A stretch of DNA of 64,000 bases, taken from positions 1,792,001-1,856,000 of the forward strand of contig OZ244621.1 in the NCBI GenBank assembly GCA_965218425.1, written 5' to 3'. Positions 1-9,757 of the stretch are shown here, in pieces (the stretch's first letter is position 1; every line of letters starts with the position of its first letter). A program made the position numbers and the translations under genes. This DNA comes from an uncultured Candidatus Binatia bacterium (lineage in GTDB: Bacteria; Desulfobacterota; Binatia; UBA9968; CAXXLF01). The notes beneath the pieces were generated by a model. The model did no database searches and was not told the DNA's origin. It saw nothing but the letters and a program-made list of their open reading frames with translations.

Positions 1-740
1 TTCTTCAAAACTTCCCGTTCTTTCCGTCCCAAGGCAAAGGGCAACGGATGAGCCACAATGCGGGCCACATGGGCCTTCACTGCTTCCCTGGCGGGGAGTT
101 GATCGGAAACGGCGCACGGAACCCACAGGACGCGATGAATATCCCCGGGCTTGCGCCCCGCAGCGCGAACCCCCGCTTCGATCCTCTCATTGGCTTGCTG
201 GAGGTAGGTGGAGTCCGTTCCCACAAGAATAATAACCCCGTCCGCAAGCCGCCCGGCAAGCTCAAGCATCTTTGGCCCGCTTGCCGCGATATAGATTGGA
301 AGGGGTTCTTTGCAGGGAAAGTTCAAATGGATCTTCCCCGTCTCCACCTCAGCATCATCTCCCCTCATAAGGGCCCGCATCTGGTGGATGGTTTTCTCAA
401 AATCGGCCAAACGAGCGGGCTTCATTCCCATGGTTTCCACAGAACTGTCCCCGAGACCGATGCCTACATTAACGCGCCGTGGCGCTATCTCCTCCAAGGT
501 AACAAAAGCACTGGTGACGACGGATGGGTGGCGAGTGATTGGATTGGTGACCCCTGTGCCCAGTTTTACCTTACTGGTATTCACAGCCACGGCAGCGAGA
601 TTGACATAGGCCTCCCGCCATATCAGGTGAGAGTCCCCAATCCATAGGTGACTATAACCAAGCTCCTCGGACAGCCTGGCGAGTTGGATCATCTTCGGCA
701 ATGGCTCCGTGGGAAACAGCCCAACCCCAAATGTAGTCAT
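1..740 (-). CDS. LLM-class flavin/F420-dependent oxidoreductase (Mer-like), 3' end runs off the window
   Basis: Not in the ORF track. Translated by hand from the ATG at 740: MTTFGVGLFPTEP...LGYSHLWIGDSH...KLGTGVTNPITRHP...PIYIAASGPKMLELAGRLADGVII, open to the window edge. The start overlaps the upstream stop (TAATG). Confidence 0.88.
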   Translation of the reverse strand, partial: MTTFGVGLFPTEPLPKMIQLARLSEELGYSHLWIGDSHLIWREAYVNLAAVAVNTSKVKLGTGVTNPITRHPSVVTSAFVTLEEIAPRRVNVGIGLGDSSVETMGMKPARLADFEKTIHQMRALMRGDDAEVETGKIHLNFPCKEPLPIYIAASGPKMLELAGRLADGVIILVGTDSTYLQQANERIEAGVRAAGRKPGDIHRVLWVPCAVSDQLPAREAVKAHVARIVAHPLPFALGRKEREVLK

Positions 741-1918
741 TACGCCCGCTTCCTCTCGATGATCGCTGACCGTTGCGGGGGTGGAGTCTGTTGACTCCTC
801 CCCGCCACGGTCATCTCTCCGTCGATCATTACCACAGAGATCCCGGGTAGATCTCCCTGAGTAAAAGAACTCAGGGTGTCTTTTGCAACCGAACCCTTAA
901 CCCGGTCCAGAACAACGATATCCGCCGCCCCCCCTTCCTCCAGCTTACCAATGGAGAGTCCATGAGCAATACCAACGTTACCCGTGGCCATGGCAATTGC
1001 CATCTCGGGCTGAACATGACCCAACGAGGACAGGAAAGCAATCTCCCGCAACATCCCACGCGGGATAATCCCAGTCCCTCCAGGAGTATCCGTCCCCACC
1101 AGAACTCGATGAAAGGCCCCCTTGCGTTTTACCTCATCGATCAATGCAAGAACCATACGTGAATTGCCAGAGCTACAGATCTCGAAATATAAATTTCCAT
1201 CGTCAACGATTTTTCTCATCTCTTCCTCCGGCATGGGAATCGGGCCGCCCGTAATGTGACCCACGATATCAGGTCTAACTCGATTTACGATGTCCCACCC
1301 CGCCACCTGGCTGACGCCAGAACGGGAGACGCCGCCGGAATGAATCTTGACCTTTATCCCTCGCTTCCTGGCCCACTGGACGTAGCCTTCGGCCTCGCCG
1401 TTCGGCAGCAGGCTAAAGTCGTAAAAGATGAACTTCACCAGGCGAATCCCGGCCGCCGCGATGGTATCGAAGTCCTCCTCCTTCAGCCCAGGAACCAAAA
1501 GCAGTGTCCCGCCATGCACCTTGACTCCCGAGGGCCGAACGTTATCGAAACAGCACTTCGCCACAAGCGCAAGGGATAGGGCAATCTTGGGTTCGGGCGG
1601 TAACGGCAACCCGGGAACATGAAGCTCCCCCGCCGAGATCAGGGCAGTGACACCACCGTGCATATAATGATTGATCCATGACAGGGCGTTTTGAGCCGGG
1701 GTGAAGTCACCAAAGGTAGGATGGGAATGAGAGTCGATCAGGCCGGGCATGGCCGTTATGCCACAGGCGTCGACAACGATGTCCGCCTGGTAGTTGATAC
1801 CGTTTCCAATGGCCCTAACCAGTCCATCTTCCACATAGACCGAATCCGCCTGTCTGAGGGGAGCCTTTAAGTCCCCTGTAACCAATGCACCGATATTCTT
1901 GATTAAGGTAGAAGACAT
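740..1918 (-). CDS. Enamidase-like metal-dependent amidohydrolase
   Basis: PGLIDSHSH (HxH), HGGVT, KIHSGG, GHITGGP and GTDTPGGTG motifs; colinear with Eubacterium barkeri enamidase as I recall it. Confidence 0.8.
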   Translation of the reverse strand: MSSTLIKNIGALVTGDLKAPLRQADSVYVEDGLVRAIGNGINYQADIVVDACGITAMPGLIDSHSHPTFGDFTPAQNALSWINHYMHGGVTALISAGELHVPGLPLPPEPKIALSLALVAKCCFDNVRPSGVKVHGGTLLLVPGLKEEDFDTIAAAGIRLVKFIFYDFSLLPNGEAEGYVQWARKRGIKVKIHSGGVSRSGVSQVAGWDIVNRVRPDIVGHITGGPIPMPEEEMRKIVDDGNLYFEICSSGNSRMVLALIDEVKRKGAFHRVLVGTDTPGGTGIIPRGMLREIAFLSSLGHVQPEMAIAMATGNVGIAHGLSIGKLEEGGAADIVVLDRVKGSVAKDTLSSFTQGDLPGISVVMIDGEMTVAGRSQQTPPPQRSAIIERKRA

Positions 1919-2047
1919 ACGACCGAGTTAAAAGGGTTTCAACCGCCAGAGACTATACCAAACAGCTTACCAGCGTGAAAGTCAACATTCCCCCGCAAGC
2001 CCCCAAGGGTATAATGAGAATTTGTCAGGATAAGTCGTGCGATTCGA

Positions 2048-2240
2048 ATCCTAGGCCTCACTTGTTAGGCAGCCTTTGGGACTTACCCGCACCAGTAGTA
2101 TCCGGACAAAAGGCGAATAGCGGCCTGATCGGCAATCAGCCCTTCTGGGGCTACCCAGACGCGATTCAATTGAACGTCACTTCTAGTTAGGCCCGGAGCT
2201 ACTCTGGGCTTGAGATTGCTCAGAACAGCGTGGCTAGGAT
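2048..2240. repeat. Structured intergenic element (REP/MITE-like or ncRNA), family member 1
   Basis: Nested inverted repeats ATCCTAG/CTAGGAT, AGTAGTATCCGG/CCGGAGCTACT, CTGAT/ATCAG, TCTGGG/CCCAGA. Shares GGCCTC..TAGGC and TGAACGT..CTA.GTT motifs with the elements at 20.7 and 41.6 kb. Confidence 0.5.
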
Positions 2241-2348
2241 GAAATTAAAGAGCCGGTCAGTGTCGTCTTGCGCTGTTTTGGATGAGACAACGGTCGCCCG
2301 CAGTTGGGCGTGTGGGTGCTGTGTCACGCGGAACTTCGATTAACTCTA

Positions 2349-2987
2349 TCATTTCACTATAAAATGGATCGTGTCGGTAGCATCCAGCTCAACATTGTGA
2401 TCCTCGGTGACGGCTCTAATCTCCAAAGTGTGACGGCCCGGTGAGATACCGGTCAAGGCGCCTGCTCCCGCTCGACCTCCGTCATCGGTCGTGAACATCC
2501 CCATCAGCGTTTCATCCACGTAGGCATGAATGTGGTGCCCTCTCTTCCCTTTAACTAACTCAAAGTGCAGGTCAATCTCCTCGCCTTTAACTTCTTCTCC
2601 TACCTTAGGTGAAAGGATTTTAACTTTTGCACCTTCCGCGGGCTTCAGTGCTGACCTGGGTTGCATCTTCTCGGAGACATTCAGCTGTTTGTGGTGTTTG
2701 TAATGATCGTGAGGTTTGTGCTCTTCTTGGCCCATCGTTTTCATGTCGCTCATCGGTGCGTTATGTGGTTTGGTTGCCCCATGCATTCTATGCCGCGTAT
2801 GGTTGGTTTGGGCCATCATTGCGCCTTGCCTAATCCACTTCAGGCTTGTTATTCGCGCCGGACTGACGATTGCCGGGTTGTCAGCGGCACGTGAGGGGGG
2901 CAAAGAAACCAAGAGAAACCATATCAGAAATAAGAGACAAAGATGGTCTTTCATCGGTATCTCATCTGTTTGGTGTGCTGGTGACAT
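2349..2987 (-). CDS. Secreted His-rich putative metal-binding protein with Ig-like C-terminal domain (DUF4399/DUF6130-like)
   Basis: Signal peptide, His/Met-rich linker (HKPHDHYKHH), GHHIHAYVD and GRHTLEIRAV motifs. The true start may be 2954. Confidence 0.65.
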   Translation of the reverse strand: MSPAHQTDEIPMKDHLCLLFLIWFLLVSLPPSRAADNPAIVSPARITSLKWIRQGAMMAQTNHTRHRMHGATKPHNAPMSDMKTMGQEEHKPHDHYKHHKQLNVSEKMQPRSALKPAEGAKVKILSPKVGEEVKGEEIDLHFELVKGKRGHHIHAYVDETLMGMFTTDDGGRAGAGALTGISPGRHTLEIRAVTEDHNVELDATDTIHFIVK

Positions 2988-3148
2988 TTCAGGGCAAGAC
3001 TCATTCTGTTACAAACCACCATACCCTTGGCGAAATATCGCCCTTGGAAGAGCTCCCAATGAAGGCCTATGCCATTGCAAGATGCGACTTATAGACGCAT
3101 TAATTGCGTTCCACTCTAGGCCAGACGACCTGATAATTAATCGATGGG

Positions 3149-3835
3149 TTAGTTGATGGTTCGATTGGAGGGGCCCGACGGGCTGAGGTCAGAGGCGCCT
3201 TGCAGCTTGAGGAGGTCGAGCAGCATGACCTCCCGGTCATCCAGTGACGGGGCTTCCAGTAAGGCCTGCTTCTCTGCCGGGTGCAGCGGCAGTGACACGG
3301 ACAACCCATTAACCAGGTCCATGTCTTGGATCCGGTCGATCTCTTCCAGTTGAACCTGGAGACCCATAGCCTTGGCGTATCCCTCCAGCGCCCGGCGCAG
3401 CGCCGGCCGGTCGCAGTGCCATGTTTCCTCAGGCTTGGCATCTGAAAAAACTTCATAATTTGCCTTTACACGGCGATAACCTCGTTGCAACGGCAATTCC
3501 TCTTCCATGCGAAAGCGATTAACTCCACGCAGATAGATTCCGTAACGCCCGTCAGGTGTCTTTTCCCATTTTTCAATGAAGCCGGCACATCCCACATGGT
3601 AGAGTTGCGGTATTTCCTTTTCAGCGCCGGGCAAGGGGCGATTGTCTTCCTGAGGAGCAAACGGCTGGATCATGCCGAAAACCTTGTCGCTTCCCAGTGC
3701 ATCCTCCACCAGGTTGCGGTAACGTGGCTCAAAAATATGTAGAGGAAGGGTGGTTCCCGGCAAGAGCAAAGTTCCCGTCAGAGGAAAAACAGGTAGGATT
3801 TCCGGGAGTTCTTTCGCGGATATGTTTTCACCCAT
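3149..3835 (-). CDS. LON peptidase substrate-binding (N-terminal) domain protein
   Basis: LPVFPL..LLPG..LPLHIFEPRY, DGRY.I.L.G..RFR and EKQALLE motifs. Confidence 0.9.
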   Translation of the reverse strand: MGENISAKELPEILPVFPLTGTLLLPGTTLPLHIFEPRYRNLVEDALGSDKVFGMIQPFAPQEDNRPLPGAEKEIPQLYHVGCAGFIEKWEKTPDGRYGIYLRGVNRFRMEEELPLQRGYRRVKANYEVFSDAKPEETWHCDRPALRRALEGYAKAMGLQVQLEEIDRIQDMDLVNGLSVSLPLHPAEKQALLEAPSLDDREVMLLDLLKLQGASDLSPSGPSNRTIN

Positions 3836-3862
3836 GGCCTAGTCTCCTCCTCCTTTTATAAG

Positions 3863-4693
3863 TTAAGGCCGTCGCCAGGTCAAGATGAGTCTCTTCAGTG
3901 CAACGAGGCAAAAGAGGACAAACCCAAAGGTGCAGATTACGGACGCTCCAGTGGGGAGGTCCCAACCATAAGAGAGATAGCTCCCAGCCAGGCTCACACT
4001 ACCACCCACCAACCAACCCGCCAAGAGGCTCAGCCGAAAACTGCCGCTAAACAAGATCCCACAGACCGCCGGTACAATCAGGAATGAAAAGATGAGAAGC
4101 ACCCCCGCTATTTGGACGGAAGTAGTCACCACCCAGGCCAAGGATAGATAAAAAAGGAGATCCCAGAGAGGAACGGATATCCCTTGTCGGCGACCCCGCT
4201 CCGGATCAAACGAAACCAGCAGGAACTTTTGCCGAAATACGACATGGAAAAGTCCAACCACTACGGCCACGGCGAAAATCTGCCCGATGGTATTCCATTT
4301 TACCCAGAGGATGTTTCCGACAAGTAAGTACTTTATATGCTCAGCGCCGTGGGGGGCCTTATCTACGAGGAGGACCACGGCGGCGGCGCAGAAAGCATAA
4401 ACAATGCCTATAATCGCTTCCTCTGGAACCCTGCCCTCTTGGGCACGGGTCCAAGTGAAAACCAGCGAACCTAAAAAGGCAAAAACCAGGGAAAAAATAT
4501 AAGCAACGCCGCCTTCAAGCGGATAACCCGCGAGAAATGCCACAGTAGCGCCCATGGCCGCTACTTGCGCCAGGGCCAAATCAACAAAAATCGCCCCGCG
4601 ACGAACGATGTGAATGCCGAAATAGACATAAATGGCCACTAGAACGAAACACGCCGCTATGGCCGGGCCCATGATGTTTATAAACTCAATCAT
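3863..4693 (-). CDS. Metal ABC transporter permease (ZnuB/MntB family)
   Basis: GIHIVRRGAIFVDLALAQVAAMG, SFDPE and GVLLIFSFLIVPA motifs; multiple TM helices. Confidence 0.9.
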   Translation of the reverse strand: MIEFINIMGPAIAACFVLVAIYVYFGIHIVRRGAIFVDLALAQVAAMGATVAFLAGYPLEGGVAYIFSLVFAFLGSLVFTWTRAQEGRVPEEAIIGIVYAFCAAAVVLLVDKAPHGAEHIKYLLVGNILWVKWNTIGQIFAVAVVVGLFHVVFRQKFLLVSFDPERGRRQGISVPLWDLLFYLSLAWVVTTSVQIAGVLLIFSFLIVPAVCGILFSGSFRLSLLAGWLVGGSVSLAGSYLSYGWDLPTGASVICTFGFVLFCLVALKRLILTWRRP

Positions 4694-4699
4694 GGACGA

Positions 4700-5608
4700 T
4701 CACCGACCTTGCTTTAGGACTGAGAGCAGGCTTCCTACAATAGATTCAAATAGATCGCTATAGGTTTTCACTCCCTTATCACCTCCCACGGATGCAGGAA
4801 GAATGACCATGTTTGTCCCAGCCTTATGGGCCACGGATTGCGGGATACGCGGATTGATAAAGCTGGAAACCAGCAGTGCTTTGACCTTACGCTCCCGAAT
4901 CGAGCGCGTGAGTCTGACCACATGTTTTGGCGCCGGTGGAATTCCCGGTTTATCTTCCACATAGCCAATAATGGACAATCCCAACCAATTCGCCAGGTAC
5001 TCCCATTGCTTGTGATACGCAACGATCTCCTGACCACGGTAAGGCGTCATCTGCTGTTCCCACTTTTGGATACGATCCCGCAGCTTTTTCTCGAAAAGGT
5101 TCAGTCTCTGTTCAAAATAAGGCCCATCATCGGGCGCCAGGGCCTTGAACTGCAAGGCAATACGTCTCGCCATCACGAAACCGTTCCTGGGGTCAAGCCA
5201 GTAATGGGGATTGCCCTCAGGGTGAATGTCACCTTGCGCGCGGGTCACCTCCCCCCCAGGCACTTCAAGGACTGAGATTTCCCGGGAGAGATCAAGGGAG
5301 ACGAGTCCCGGATTCCTAGCCCCTTCCACCAACAGGGACAGCCAACCAATTTCCAGCTGTAGTCCCACATAAAGAAGCAGGTCGGCTCGATTGAGCAAGC
5401 GCATGTAGCTGGGCTTTGCGGCAACGTAATGGGGATCCTGGGCCCCCTTTGCGACGCTTCTTACTTTCACCCTTTTACCTCCCAACGCCTCGGCGATGGC
5501 AGCAAGATCAGTGGTGGTAGCGACCACAGACAAAGTCTTCCCCGCAAGAGGGGCCGGCGGAGAAGTTAAGAAAACAACCGAGAAGACCCATACGCTAAAC
5601 CATTTCAT
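4700..5608 (-). CDS. Metal ABC transporter substrate-binding protein (ZnuA/TroA, cluster A-I)
   Basis: VVATT, DPHY, GNPHYWLDP and AYHKQW motifs; signal peptide. Confidence 0.9.
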   Translation of the reverse strand: MKWFSVWVFSVVFLTSPPAPLAGKTLSVVATTTDLAAIAEALGGKRVKVRSVAKGAQDPHYVAAKPSYMRLLNRADLLLYVGLQLEIGWLSLLVEGARNPGLVSLDLSREISVLEVPGGEVTRAQGDIHPEGNPHYWLDPRNGFVMARRIALQFKALAPDDGPYFEQRLNLFEKKLRDRIQKWEQQMTPYRGQEIVAYHKQWEYLANWLGLSIIGYVEDKPGIPPAPKHVVRLTRSIRERKVKALLVSSFINPRIPQSVAHKAGTNMVILPASVGGDKGVKTYSDLFESIVGSLLSVLKQGR

Positions 5609-5617
5609 AGGTTTCTC

Positions 5618-6928
5618 CTAATATTTGTGTGCCGGATGAGAGCCTAGGGTGTAGTTCAGCTGAAAAAGAATCTGATCGATGTCATCCCCAAACTCCCGTT
5701 GCGTCCGGCTATACTGCAATCTCAAGGCCGAAAACTCGCTCGGCACCAGAGCTGCGAGCAACGTCCATTTATGATCCATTCCCTCTCTGGAGTTGGGGGC
5801 TCCAAGCAGATCGTAGCGACCCTGCAACCACCATAGACGAGAGAGACGATACTGGAGTGAAGTATACAGTCCTCCCGTCTCGCGCCGTGCGCTATCGTCT
5901 CGATCGACGGAAGAATAAATGTATTCGTTCTGCCAGATGAGGGCCCGATCCTGAGCGCGTTTCAAAGGAATCCACTTGAGAGTTAGGTCGACACCGATAG
6001 CTTGCGAATAGCCCGAACCGGAGTTACGTCCGCCGACATAGGAGTTACCAAACTCAAGAGTGCTTTCGTCGCTGAGATCGAAGAAGTTCTTCCAGTGGCC
6101 GAGGAAGGCCCCTTGAGGAGAAGCGTCATCTGAAAGGACAAAGAGGTTGGAATTATCCCCCTGCATTCCTTGAAAGGTGAACTCGGAAAACCAGGGGACG
6201 GGGAAGAGATAGCTCAGACCAACTGCCGGTTCATTGAGCCCTTCATCGCCAAACACGGATTCACTCACCAGGGGACGGTCAATGAAAGGAAACTGATGAC
6301 TATGAAGCAAATTGTGTTTACCGAAGTCGGTAAAAAACTTTCCGATCTTAAGACTTAACCCACGCGGCATGATGTCTCCGGGAAGCTGATTCGAGGTAAC
6401 GAATCCCTCCTCCAGCTCCACATCTCCTTCTGGAGCGACGGCCACAGTCATATCCGCATTGAAATACGGATCCACATCCGAAGTGAAACGAAACTCTGCC
6501 TCCTGCAGGTTGAACCCATTCTGGAAGTCCAGACCCGCCAGCTCGTTACCGGCATCAACCGAGGAAGCCCAGCCACCGAGAAACAACCCATTCACACTGA
6601 CGGCGGGGTTAAAGGCTCTGGAAATGGAGCGTGCTCTATCAGACGTGGTTGAGCTAGATTGCGCTCCCCTTGGCGCACTGGCGTTCTCCCGTTTTGCCTG
6701 GTTCTGAGCAGGCTCTTGCCCTGAGTTCCCCGATCTTGATCTCTCCGACTTTCGTTCTATCCGTTCGATCCGCAGGAGTAACTTCTGCGTTTGTTGCTGC
6801 ATCGCCTTGAGCTGCTTTTTCAAAGAAGCAACTTCGTCCTCCTTGGTCAAACCCGCCCCGGCAAACAACGTTACGTAACACGACACTACGCACACTGAAA
6901 TAAATGATCGTCCTGTTAAAGAAATCAT
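5618..6928 (-). CDS. Outer-membrane beta-barrel of the metal-regulated 'GxHxAHxF/Y' type
   Basis: Signal peptide, coiled coil, NPAVSVNG, FGKHNLLHSHQFPF, SEFSALRLQY and C-terminal GSHPAHKY. The ATG at 6928 is preceded by AGGGGGG. Confidence 0.75.
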   Translation of the reverse strand: MISLTGRSFISVCVVSCYVTLFAGAGLTKEDEVASLKKQLKAMQQQTQKLLLRIERIERKSERSRSGNSGQEPAQNQAKRENASAPRGAQSSSTTSDRARSISRAFNPAVSVNGLFLGGWASSVDAGNELAGLDFQNGFNLQEAEFRFTSDVDPYFNADMTVAVAPEGDVELEEGFVTSNQLPGDIMPRGLSLKIGKFFTDFGKHNLLHSHQFPFIDRPLVSESVFGDEGLNEPAVGLSYLFPVPWFSEFTFQGMQGDNSNLFVLSDDASPQGAFLGHWKNFFDLSDESTLEFGNSYVGGRNSGSGYSQAIGVDLTLKWIPLKRAQDRALIWQNEYIYSSVDRDDSARRETGGLYTSLQYRLSRLWWLQGRYDLLGAPNSREGMDHKWTLLAALVPSEFSALRLQYSRTQREFGDDIDQILFQLNYTLGSHPAHKY

Positions 6929-7016
6929 GAATTTCCCCCCTAAATGCAAACGGTCCTCTCCCTTCGCTCATGAGGAAAGGAGAGAATGCCCTTTCGATTT
7001 AAAAAAAACGAAACGG

Positions 7017-7298
7017 TTACAGGGTAGGGGGGGCGCGGCTCGGGTGTGGTTTAGCAAAAAACAGAACGAGAAAAGAAGCCTCTGGAAATACAAGCGGTAA
7101 GGATTGAATGACGGGTGAGACTGTGATTTTGGCATGAGGCAGGCCGAGTTGTGTCCTCGCACTCGAGTAACAGGTGCAATCCTTGTTGATCAGTAGCAGC
7201 GGGTTAACGGGATGGAGGTGGAGGTGGAGGGGGAGGAGGAAAACCGCCAGCAAAAGGGCGGCCCCGATCAGGCGTCGAGTATGGAGAACTACCTTCAT
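7017..7298 (-). CDS. Putative RAPP ribosome-arrest leader peptide (DUF2946/CruR-like architecture)
   Basis: Basic N-terminus, hydrophobic stretch, HLHLH, DCTC and C-terminal RAPPTL*, directly upstream of the metal porin gene. Confidence 0.75.
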   Translation of the reverse strand: MKVVLHTRRLIGAALLLAVFLLPLHLHLHPVNPLLLINKDCTCYSSARTQLGLPHAKITVSPVIQSLPLVFPEASFLVLFFAKPHPSRAPPTL

Positions 7299-7310
7299 CG
7301 CCGCAAACAG

Positions 7311-7349
7311 CATGATAGTGCCATAAACAGACAGAGTCAGGGTTGTCAA
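7311..7349 (-). promoter_or_regulatory. Candidate sigma70 promoter of the leader/porin operon
   Basis: Minus-strand TTGACAACCC...TATGGCAC, similar to the nikR promoter. The -10 element is weak. Confidence 0.4.
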
Positions 7350-7417
7350 GGGGTACCGACCGACAGGAGTCGGGTCAGGGCAATCAACCTGAGCCCCCGG
7401 GTGTGGAGGGACTCACT

Positions 7418-8851
7418 TTAAACCTTCCATTTCTTCGCCACTTTCTCTTTGAACTCTCGTGAAAAGGCGTTCACCGCCGGAAAGCGGTCAATCCATTGAT
7501 ATGGGCGACAGGCATCGATCAAGACACGATCGCTGATGTAACCCCTAGTGTCCCTTTCCTCAGGCGAGATGGTGGGCTCACACACCGAGGCCCAGACGTT
7601 TTTCACGATATCGATCCCTTCCCGCGCGTTGCACCGTGTGGAAACAGCCCAAATCACCTCATAGGGATTGGTAATATCGATATCATCATCCACCACGACG
7701 ACCATCTTACCTCCGTAGGCACCCGCTCGTGCCCCCGCTGCCACCAGTAGAGCCTGCTTGGCATGACCCGTGTAACGCTGCTTGATGGCTATCACGGTAA
7801 AGGGACCGGGTTGACCTCCGTAGACAAACCCCCACACGCCCTTCACATCTGGCACCCCGGCTTTCTCCAACTGTTCCCAGAGGGTGATGGCGCCCAGTGG
7901 AATTGGGAGGTAACTGTTGGGCGGCTTGAGGGGAGGGGCCCCGAGAATAACCGGATCGTTTCGATAATAGACCCTCTTGACCGTCATCAAAGGCACGTCG
8001 CCCACGGTCGCCTCGGTATAATACCCCGGCCACTCACCGAAAGGACCCTCCTTGGGAAGCTGCTCAGGCGGGAGAGGAGGTATCTCCCCCTCCAGCACAA
8101 CCTCACCGTTCGCCGGCAGTGGTAACCCCGTTACCGCTCCACGAACAGCCGGAATGGGTGCTCCCTGGATCCATCCTGCAAATTCATATTCGCTGGTGTC
8201 CGGCGGTAACGGCATCTGTGAGGATAAAAAAAGGCTCGGCTCCTGACCAAGCGTGATGGCCACGGGAAGGGCCTTCCCTTGAGCGTGGGCCCTATCCACG
8301 GCAAGCCGACCGTGTTTCCCCTTGTTCATTTTCACCGAGACCTTGTTCTTTTCCTGGATCATCACTCGATAGGTCCCTACATTGATCTTCCCCGACTCCG
8401 GATCCTTGGTGATAATGCCGCAACCCGTGCCGAGGTAACGCCCTCCGTCCAGATCGTGCCACATGGGGGTTGGGAATTGATAGAGGTCAACTTCATTTTC
8501 TTCCATCTGGTTCTCAAAAACCGGCCCCCCCTCCACCTGCTCTACGGGAACAGGTTTGAAGGTAGAAACCCGCTGGCGCCACGCGTGAAGAAAGTCCACC
8601 CCCTTGAGCTCTAGGGGTAGCCCCATGGCTACAGCGGCTCTGCGGCAGGTCCGAAAGACGTTGGAGAAGACACGGAAACCGCGGGGATAATCCTTAAAGC
8701 CATCGAATAGTAGGGCAGAGTCTTCCCTCTCCCCCATGAGTTCCGTAAGGGCACCCACCTCAAGGTTCAAATCCACGCCTTCCAAGCGTTTTAGCTCGCC
8801 CAACTCTTCGAGACGGCTAATAAAAGTTCTCATATCCTGAACCTGCTCCAT
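7418..8851 (-). CDS. UbiD-family (prFMN-dependent) decarboxylase
   Basis: NVGTYR, EGPFGEWPGYY and VVVVDDDIDITN..EVIWAVSTR motifs. Confidence 0.92.
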   Translation of the reverse strand: MEQVQDMRTFISRLEELGELKRLEGVDLNLEVGALTELMGEREDSALLFDGFKDYPRGFRVFSNVFRTCRRAAVAMGLPLELKGVDFLHAWRQRVSTFKPVPVEQVEGGPVFENQMEENEVDLYQFPTPMWHDLDGGRYLGTGCGIITKDPESGKINVGTYRVMIQEKNKVSVKMNKGKHGRLAVDRAHAQGKALPVAITLGQEPSLFLSSQMPLPPDTSEYEFAGWIQGAPIPAVRGAVTGLPLPANGEVVLEGEIPPLPPEQLPKEGPFGEWPGYYTEATVGDVPLMTVKRVYYRNDPVILGAPPLKPPNSYLPIPLGAITLWEQLEKAGVPDVKGVWGFVYGGQPGPFTVIAIKQRYTGHAKQALLVAAGARAGAYGGKMVVVVDDDIDITNPYEVIWAVSTRCNAREGIDIVKNVWASVCEPTISPEERDTRGYISDRVLIDACRPYQWIDRFPAVNAFSREFKEKVAKKWKV

Positions 8852-9095
8852 GAAAAACCTCCTATATCGGACAAACCCGGCTCCCCGGGATTCCGCTAGG
8901 TTAGTCTCCTGGGGACGGCAAAGTCAATGAATGGAACAACCCAAACGATGGTCCTTAAAACAGACGAGATTGGGGTCTAAGGTAAAGTTCCATAGAGAAT
9001 ATCTATTGGTCTTATAGTGAACCTCTATGTTAATAGGATGGCTCTTAGGTGGGTCCCGCTTCGACTCGAATACCAATGGGTGGGAGGATCAGCCC

Positions 9096-9680
9096 ATGCA
9101 GGCCAAGTCTCTTAAAGAGCACAAATCAAAACCAATTTCCGACACGCCGGAACTCCTCCACCGATTCTCGAAGATTCGCAGGTTTAGCGAAAAGCTTTGC
9201 GAGCCACTTTCCCCGGGACACCGTTATTCAGTCCATGCCGGATGTGAGCCCAACCCGCTGGCACCTTGCCCATGCCACCTGGTTTTTCGAAACCTTCGTG
9301 ATCGCAAACGCCGTCCAAGGATACAAAACCTTTCACCCCGCATACGGTTATCTATTCAACTCATACTACAACGCCGTGGGTCCCCAATATCCGAGACCCA
9401 AGCGGGGTCTGCTTTCCAGGCCCACTCTGAAAGAAATCCTTGAGTATCGCCGCCACATGGACGACGTCGTGCACGAGGTTGTTTCCTCAGGATTGGAATC
9501 CAGCTTGCTTTCAGCGTTGGAGATCGGAGTGCAGCATGAGCGACAGCACCAGGAACTCTCCTCACGGATATTAAACACGTGCTGTCTTGTAATCCACTGT
9601 TACCCGTTTATCATCCAATGCACTTTCCGAGCCACCACGATTCGAGGCTTTTGGAGTGGCGTCACTTCGAGCCGTTCACC
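9096..9680 (+). pseudogene. egtB: Ergothioneine sulfoxide synthase EgtB remnant (DinB_2 part only)
   Basis: QSMPDVSPTRWHLAHATWFFE, LFNSYY, RPKRGLLSRP and HERQHQEL motifs. Frameshifts near 9215 and 9560; the FGE-sulfatase domain is missing. Confidence 0.8.
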
Positions 9681-9757
9681 GAACCGACCAACCGATCAGG
9701 GCCGAGTTAAAAAACCAATGAATCTAAGAGCTTACGCATGACGACGGGCCGTTTTGC

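Noticed and set aside
48..647. 199-aa plus-strand ORF
   Set aside because: Antisense shadow of the LLM oxidoreductase on the minus strand.
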